A DNA stretch of 56,679 nt from NCBI GenBank assembly GCA_903915225.1, contig CAIWSB010000030.1:1-56679 (forward strand). The letters are read 5' to 3'. Both the position numbers and the translations under genes were made by a program. The notes under the pieces were generated by a model, which saw nothing but the letters and a program-made list of their open reading frames with translations, was not told the origin of the DNA and searched no databases. Source of the stretch: an uncultured Candidatus Woesearchaeota archaeon (GTDB lineage Archaea; Nanobdellota; Nanobdellia; Woesearchaeales; B29-G15). Below are positions 51,338 through 56,679 of this stretch, piece after piece; the stretch's first letter is position 1, and the number at the start of each line of letters is the position of its first letter.

Positions 51338-52356
51338 TATAATAACCCTAATTGCTTGAACAGCTTTTCAATCTGGGGAATCCCGATTACTGCATGCTCT
51401 GAGGTGTATTCTTTCATCACAGATTCATTCAGCAGATTCCTCTTGACATAATACGCCGGCTTCCTGACATCGACATACTTCTCGATGGAGCTCGTGATGA
51501 CATACATGTTCTTGAATCTGAATGTCCTTGGGATTTCTGCTGAATTGACCATTGTCTCATGGATCTTTTCGCCCGGCCGAAGCCCTATCAGCTCTGTGCC
51601 GACATCAGAGCTGTGCTTCTTTTTCAGAATCTTGATGAGGTCTGTGACTTTAAAAGCCGGGAGAATTGGCACAAAGACCTCACCCCCAACACTATATTCA
51701 AGAGCATCAAAGATGAGATTCACTGCCTGGTCTGAGCTTATTATGAAGCGCGTCATCCGCGGGTCAGTCAGGGGGATTTTCTCATTGTTTTTTATTTTCG
51801 ATTCAAAAAAGGGGATGACCGAGCCCGTGCTCTCAAGCACGTTCCCATAGCGCACGCATGTGAAGACTATGTTCCGGGCGCCCTTGTTAAAGTTGCTCTC
51901 ATTGAAAATCCTTTCACTGACAAATTTGCACGCCCCGTAGGTGTTTACAGGCGAGCATGCCTTGTCTGTTGATATGAAGATCGCCTTTTGGACATTGGAT
52001 TGGAGGCAGGCGTTTACCACGTTCAATGTTCCAAGTATGTTTGTCTTGATTGACTCCTCCACATTGTACTCAAGAAGGTCCAGCCTCTTAAGGGCAGCTG
52101 CATGAATCACAATATCCGCGCCTTCGCAGGCCTTTTTCAGCCTCTCAAAGTCCCTGACGTCGCCAACGAGGTTTCTCAGCTTAGGGTTGAACTTGAACAA
52201 TTCCTGCACCTTATGGTGCTTGAACTCATCCCTGCTGAACACCCGGATGCTTTTGGGCTCGTATTCAAGGATTTTCGCAACTAGCGCTTTCCCCAGAAAT
52301 CCTGTTCCTCCAGTGATCAAAATTACCTTATTATTGAATAATTTCTTGTAATCCAT
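51337..52356 (-). CDS. pseB: UDP-N-acetylglucosamine 4,6-dehydratase (PseB/FlaA1-like SDR)
   Basis: 'ILITGGTGFLGKAL', catalytic 'YGACKF'. TAATG overlap with pseC. Confidence 0.9.
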   Translation of the reverse strand: MDYKKLFNNKVILITGGTGFLGKALVAKILEYEPKSIRVFSRDEFKHHKVQELFKFNPKLRNLVGDVRDFERLKKACEGADIVIHAAALKRLDLLEYNVEESIKTNILGTLNVVNACLQSNVQKAIFISTDKACSPVNTYGACKFVSERIFNESNFNKGARNIVFTCVRYGNVLESTGSVIPFFESKIKNNEKIPLTDPRMTRFIISSDQAVNLIFDALEYSVGGEVFVPILPAFKVTDLIKILKKKHSSDVGTELIGLRPGEKIHETMVNSAEIPRTFRFKNMYVITSSIEKYVDVRKPAYYVKRNLLNESVMKEYTSEHAVIGIPQIEKLFKQLGLL

Positions 52357-52380
52357 AAGGGTTGTTTTAACCTGGCAGAG

Positions 52381-52388
52381 TATTTAAA
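52381..52388 (-). promoter_or_regulatory. TATA box (TTTAAATA on the minus strand) of the glycan operon
   Basis: Centred 28 nt upstream of the pseB ATG at 52356 (leaderless). Confidence 0.5.
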
Positions 52389-52543
52389 CTTTCTGGTCAA
52401 AAAACTCGATGCAAAACACGAGTTTAGCCTCTTTCCAGGTTTGATTTTGCAATCCCTTTTTTGGGGCACTAGGAAAACAAAAAATTAATGAATACTCCTT
52501 GTTTTTTCATCTAAAGAGTTGAGTGTTTGTTAAGGCATAAAGA

Positions 52544-54301
52544 ATGAAGATTGTTGTTAATGTCCAGACAATGTATTCAGGGGATATTGTTGTTGATGGA
52601 GTCTCCCATGAACTCTTCAGCTTTTCGACCAAGCACTCATTGGACTGGCGCAATGCTGCAACAGCAATGTATGCAAAATTATCACGCTTCCTGGTGGTTG
52701 ACGGATTCAATTATTCTTACCTTTTCAATTACTTCCTTGAATACTCCACTGATAAATTTACTGTGCCCGGGCTTGATTTTATCTTGAACTACATTGGCTT
52801 TCTTGACCGGCATGTGACTGGCGACGTTGAGCTGGAGGTAACCGACCCTTTCGGTGATGTGTTCTTTGAATGCTGCAAGCTTGTCTGCAAGAGAAAGGGG
52901 TTTAAGTGCAGGCTAACATCTGCTAATCGCTCAAAATCACTCTCAGCACGCATTGTCAGCAATCAAATGGCGTCAAGGGCAATTCTACATTCCTGGCTGT
53001 TTATCCGAAGTGCTTTGGGGTTGATTCGGCTTCCCTTTAAAACCAGGAAAAGGGGAGATGTGCTTTTCCTTTCAAACATCCGTTTCTCTGCCAAGGATGA
53101 AACAAAAAACTCCCTTTTTGGCAGCCTGATTTCTGCTTTAAAGCAGAAACATGTGGCTTACAAGGTTGTGAGATATGAGCAGATGAACCAGCTTGCTAAC
53201 TTGAATAGGTTTGTGAGGCATTTCCTGTTCAGCCCGGTTGCGTATTTTGGTGATTATTACTCCTTTTCCCATTATTCATGGCTGAGAAGTGAGATGAGGA
53301 AATTCCGGTTGCTCTGGCGAAAGCTATCTGTAGACAAGGATTTTACAGGCATTTTCTCTTATCGCGGGTATGACTTATTCCCATTAATCAGGCCAAGGCT
53401 CGAGCTTATTTTTGGGTCACTTTGCATTATTTCCATGGATGCCAGAAAGATAACTGAAACTATTCTCAAGAAGGAGAAGCCCCGCCTTGTAGTTATTGAC
53501 CACGAGGAAAACATCTATGGAAAGGCGCTAATGCTTAACGCAAGATTAAACCCTAAAGTTAAGACACTTGCGCTTTCTCACGAGCTGATTTATCCTGGCT
53601 GTGTTCACACTCACACAGAATACCCATCTTCGCTGGACCGCAAAAGCCCTTTCTGGCGGCCGCTGCCAAACCTGAAATGTGTCTGGAGCGAATATTCCAA
53701 GGAGGTATTGTTAGAATACTGTAATTATCCGCCAAAAATAATTAAGGTCACCGGGAACCCAAAATTTGATTTTGTAAAATCCTGGAAATTCTCCCCGCCT
53801 GTCGGGAACAGGATACTTTTTGCTTCCCAATGGACTTCCGGCAACCTCAGGGCAATGCTGCAGATAGCCTCATCTCACCCTTCTTTTGATGTGACTGTAA
53901 AACCCCACCCCACACAGTCATTGACCCTCAAAAACCCCCCGTACAATGTTTCAGTTGTGTCACGCTATTCTGACATATACAGGCTCATCCGCTCTTCGGA
54001 TTATGTTGTGACCTCTGCCTCAACTGTTGGCATTGAGGCGATGCTTATGGGCAAAGTTGTTTTTATCATCAATTTTAAGCGCTCCCATCTTGATGGGCTC
54101 CCTTACCTGCCTGAGGGTGCTGCAATAGAGATCTGTTCAAAGGCTGATTTTGATAAGGCCCTTGGCAAACTCAAGGATAAAAAATATCTGGCGGAACTCA
54201 AAGCCAGGATTTCCCGCTTTGTCGAACATTACCATTACAAGAACGACGGCTTTGCAGCAGAACGCATAGGCAAATTAATCCAGCAGCAACTCGGGAAATA
54301 G
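52544..54301 (+). CDS. GT-B-like surface-carbohydrate biosynthesis protein (candidate glycosyltransferase)
   Basis: The C-terminal half resembles GT-B/capsule biosynthesis proteins ('KVTGNPKFD', 'YVVTSASTVGIEAMLMGKVV'). Divergent from the pseB operon. The exact function is uncertain. Confidence 0.5.
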   Translation: MKIVVNVQTMYSGDIVVDGVSHELFSFSTKHSLDWRNAATAMYAKLSRFLVVDGFNYSYLFNYFLEYSTDKFTVPGLDFILNYIGFLDRHVTGDVELEVTDPFGDVFFECCKLVCKRKGFKCRLTSANRSKSLSARIVSNQMASRAILHSWLFIRSALGLIRLPFKTRKRGDVLFLSNIRFSAKDETKNSLFGSLISALKQKHVAYKVVRYEQMNQLANLNRFVRHFLFSPVAYFGDYYSFSHYSWLRSEMRKFRLLWRKLSVDKDFTGIFSYRGYDLFPLIRPRLELIFGSLCIISMDARKITETILKKEKPRLVVIDHEENIYGKALMLNARLNPKVKTLALSHELIYPGCVHTHTEYPSSLDRKSPFWRPLPNLKCVWSEYSKEVLLEYCNYPPKIIKVTGNPKFDFVKSWKFSPPVGNRILFASQWTSGNLRAMLQIASSHPSFDVTVKPHPTQSLTLKNPPYNVSVVSRYSDIYRLIRSSDYVVTSASTVGIEAMLMGKVVFIINFKRSHLDGLPYLPEGAAIEICSKADFDKALGKLKDKKYLAELKARISRFVEHYHYKNDGFAAERIGKLIQQQLGK

Positions 54302-54302
54302 C

Positions 54303-55730
54303 TTACTCTGCTTTCTTCTCCTTAGCCTTCCCCAACACTTCCCCCATCCATTCCTTAATATCGCCGCGTGTGCAATCGCACGATGTTTCCCCGCCAACAA
54401 GCCCTGCACGCACTGCGCTGCGGGAGTCGTACATTATCATTTTCTTGATGGGGCTCCCATACTGCTCAGGTGACATGATTGAGCGTGCCTCTGCCACCAT
54501 CAGCCCACCAATTATTTCATTGCTCATAATCACGCTGGCCTCAACAGCATGGGTGCAGCTGTGGCTCACACGCTCCTTGCCCAGTGCCGCATCAACCTGG
54601 TATCTGCAGTCCAGGCAAGAGCTCTCGCCTGGCTTGTAAACCATGACCTGGCCTTTGAATGGGCTGGTGCCGCCGCTAATCAGAGGCACCTTGTATTTCA
54701 CAGCGAAAAAGTTTGAGAATGCACGGGTTGCCTGGTTGTCAACGCAGTCAATAATCAGGTCAAGCTGGTTTTTCTCAAAATACTCAGTGTAATTCTCATC
54801 AAGCTTCCCGTTGATGCCCTTGGCCTTGCACTTGGGGTTGATGAGCTTGAGCTTCGCAGCCAGTGCCTTGGCCTTATTCTGGCCCACTGCATCGTAAAAG
54901 AGGATCTGCCTCGCAAGGTTTGTGACCTCAACATTGTCAAAATCCAACATGTCAACTTTGCCCACACCTGCTATTGCCAACCCGAGCCCCACGAAATTCC
55001 CGAGCGCGCCGGCGCCTATCATAAGCACGCGCTTGCCTGAGAAGTTGTCTGTGCCGATTTCAACTTCTTTATCCCTGGAGAACCTCTTGGGTGAGGCGCA
55101 TGAATAGGTGAACTGTTTTATGGGCTCATCCCCGTCACCCAGTGGCATGATGATTTTTCTTGCCTCATCTGCAATAAAGCCGGCAAGAACCTCAGCTGGC
55201 ACTGCCCCCTGGGGCTTGCCTTCATAGGCATCCATATTGCCGCCATTATCCCCGGGCTGTCTCACGTAAATCTCCCCCCAGTTCAAGTCCGCAGATGCTG
55301 AAATCACAGGTATCTTGCGCTTGTCAGCATACTCATAAACAACCTTCTTTGAAGCAGGTGAGTTGGTGGCCTCGATTATTAGCTTTGGCTTCCACAGTAG
55401 CTCAGCCATGGCAGGTGAATCCATCTTGGCATGAACCCCTATGACATTAACCATCGGGTTCATTTTACCGAGTATATCTTCAAGTGCCTCAACCTTAGAA
55501 CCAGTAACCTCGCTCAGCTTGAGCAGGAATTCCGTCGGATCTGCCTTGGTGAACCTGGCGTTGTCATATATTGTGACCTCGCCAAAGCCCAGCGCAGCCA
55601 GGCTGGCTGAGGTGAAGCCCGCCAGGGCGTCTGAGCCAACAATTGCAACAGAGGCCTTGCTAATCTTTTCCTGCTTCCACCCGGATATCAGTTCCTGCCG
55701 GTTGTATCGGTTCTCAATAATCTCTGCCAT
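54303..55730 (-). CDS. E1-like (ThiF/MoeB/UBA-type) enzyme with tandem degenerate and intact adenylation domains
   Basis: Domain 1 'RYNRQ...VAIVGSDALAG' has a degenerate P-loop. Domain 2 'VLMIGAGALGNFV...DFDNVEVTNLARQ' is intact. Cys pairs 'CLDC' and 'CDC'. Start at ATG 55730 (GGTGAG 4 nt upstream). The track start at 55742 is a TTG. Confidence 0.85.
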   Translation of the reverse strand: MAEIIENRYNRQELISGWKQEKISKASVAIVGSDALAGFTSASLAALGFGEVTIYDNARFTKADPTEFLLKLSEVTGSKVEALEDILGKMNPMVNVIGVHAKMDSPAMAELLWKPKLIIEATNSPASKKVVYEYADKRKIPVISASADLNWGEIYVRQPGDNGGNMDAYEGKPQGAVPAEVLAGFIADEARKIIMPLGDGDEPIKQFTYSCASPKRFSRDKEVEIGTDNFSGKRVLMIGAGALGNFVGLGLAIAGVGKVDMLDFDNVEVTNLARQILFYDAVGQNKAKALAAKLKLINPKCKAKGINGKLDENYTEYFEKNQLDLIIDCVDNQATRAFSNFFAVKYKVPLISGGTSPFKGQVMVYKPGESSCLDCRYQVDAALGKERVSHSCTHAVEASVIMSNEIIGGLMVAEARSIMSPEQYGSPIKKMIMYDSRSAVRAGLVGGETSCDCTRGDIKEWMGEVLGKAKEKKAE

Positions 55731-55735
55731 TTTTC

Positions 55736-56656
55736 TCACCAACGATCCTCAACATCTTCCGGTCCACCATCATTCTGGTCCCCGCTGTCCTGTCCTATAT
55801 TAGGCCCTGTTATTGGGATGACAAACACAATTTTTCCATCTATAACCGTGGGTTTAATTGGTTGTACCTCTGGTTTTTTCACTGGCTGGATTTTAACTTC
55901 AACTTCAGGTTCAGTTACAATTGGTGCAGCATCAGTTTTCTCTGGCTCAGCAGCCCCATCCAGCTTTTCCACACGTTCAATGGCAGCCTCAAGGCCCGGT
56001 TTTGAAGATCCAGGTAACCCACCACCAGGTGTTTCGATAACCGGCCCAGTCAGAGCCTCCTGCTGGGTTGATTGTGTTATTATTCTTCCTGGCACATAAC
56101 TTTCATCTTCACCAAGCAATATTGCATCACGTGCATCATGTTTCTCTACCTGTCCTCCCTTTTCCTTGAGGTAATCCCTCCAATGCTTCTTGCTGCCCTT
56201 GCCACCTAGCCAGGAAGGTACGGAAAAGATGAATTGCCTTTTCATTTTGGATCTGATTTCTCTAACCAGCTGCTTTTCTGTGTATGGCGCAACATCACCA
56301 CTGACAACCACCAGCTTGACCTGTTCCTTTGAGTGCTCGCCGTTGCATCCCAGTGGGCAGTAGGTTTTGGTGGCAATCTCTGCGTGGGGCTTATCGCCGC
56401 GTGCGTTTACAACAATGCTGTATGCAAATGCAACCTTGGCAGGCAGGTATATCTTGGCATTCTTGGCCATGCCAAGAGTCTTGGCATCGAACTCTGCCTC
56501 GGGCAGCTCAACACTGAGTTTTTTTCCCGGACGCTCCTTGTCGTAAATCTCCAGCGCCTTTCCCCTGCGCCTCACGCCAACAGATTCACCCAGCACAGGT
56601 ATCTCCTTATAGATCTCAACATAATTCGATGGGGCCAGCGCATTAACAACAACCAT
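55736..56656 (-). CDS. Hypothetical protein coupled to the E1-like gene (may extend beyond the right edge)
   Basis: 306 aa from ATG 56656, but the frame stays open to position 56679. P/E/V-rich C-terminal third. Its stop lies 5 nt before the E1 ATG, and its last codons carry the GGTGA SD. Confidence 0.6.
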   Translation of the reverse strand: MVVVNALAPSNYVEIYKEIPVLGESVGVRRRGKALEIYDKERPGKKLSVELPEAEFDAKTLGMAKNAKIYLPAKVAFAYSIVVNARGDKPHAEIATKTYCPLGCNGEHSKEQVKLVVVSGDVAPYTEKQLVREIRSKMKRQFIFSVPSWLGGKGSKKHWRDYLKEKGGQVEKHDARDAILLGEDESYVPGRIITQSTQQEALTGPVIETPGGGLPGSSKPGLEAAIERVEKLDGAAEPEKTDAAPIVTEPEVEVKIQPVKKPEVQPIKPTVIDGKIVFVIPITGPNIGQDSGDQNDGGPEDVEDRW

Positions 56657-56679
56657 GATGTTGTTGTCATCTGTGCCTG

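Overview
The window looks like an archaeal chromosome fragment. Evidence: a Kae1-type tRNA t6A enzyme, an aIF-2B-like isomerase, and TATA boxes about 26 nt upstream of many start codons, which implies leaderless mRNAs. I cannot assign a lineage.

Three parts stand out.

(1) Positions 1-19194 are an uninterrupted minus-strand array of 37 complete ORFs plus one truncated ORF. All are paralogs built from a single ~90-aa module, present in about 49 copies and falling into 8 sequence types arranged in blocks. I do not recognise the family. 33 of the 37 gene junctions are ATGA stop/start overlaps. The conserved C-terminal codons of each gene (for example WYRRLGK = TGG TAC AGG AGG CTG GGG AAA TGA) also form the Shine-Dalgarno site of the next gene.

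(2) Positions 22726-33435 hold a tightly packed 8-gene minus-strand operon. It encodes a classical AAA+ ATPase, a 766-aa ChlI/MoxR-like AAA+ ATPase, a coiled-coil/vWA (MIDAS) protein and five unrecognisable proteins.

(3) Smaller items:
- two copies of a 92-93 nt GC-rich hairpin element in intergenic regions;
- an ORF split by a single in-frame TAG;
- an E1-like protein with a degenerate plus an intact ThiF domain.

The remainder is ordinary housekeeping or accessory content:
- CaCA antiporter, cupredoxin, DUF523, MgtC, two Nudix hydrolases, DEAD-box helicase, Kae1;
- an MtnA-like / class II aldolase / ITPase trio;
- a copper module with CopA;
- a pseudaminic-acid-like nonulosonic acid cluster.

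Several track ORF starts were moved to internal ATGs on the basis of SD spacing, ATGA overlaps or TATA distance. No rRNA, tRNA, CRISPR array, transposase or integrase was seen.
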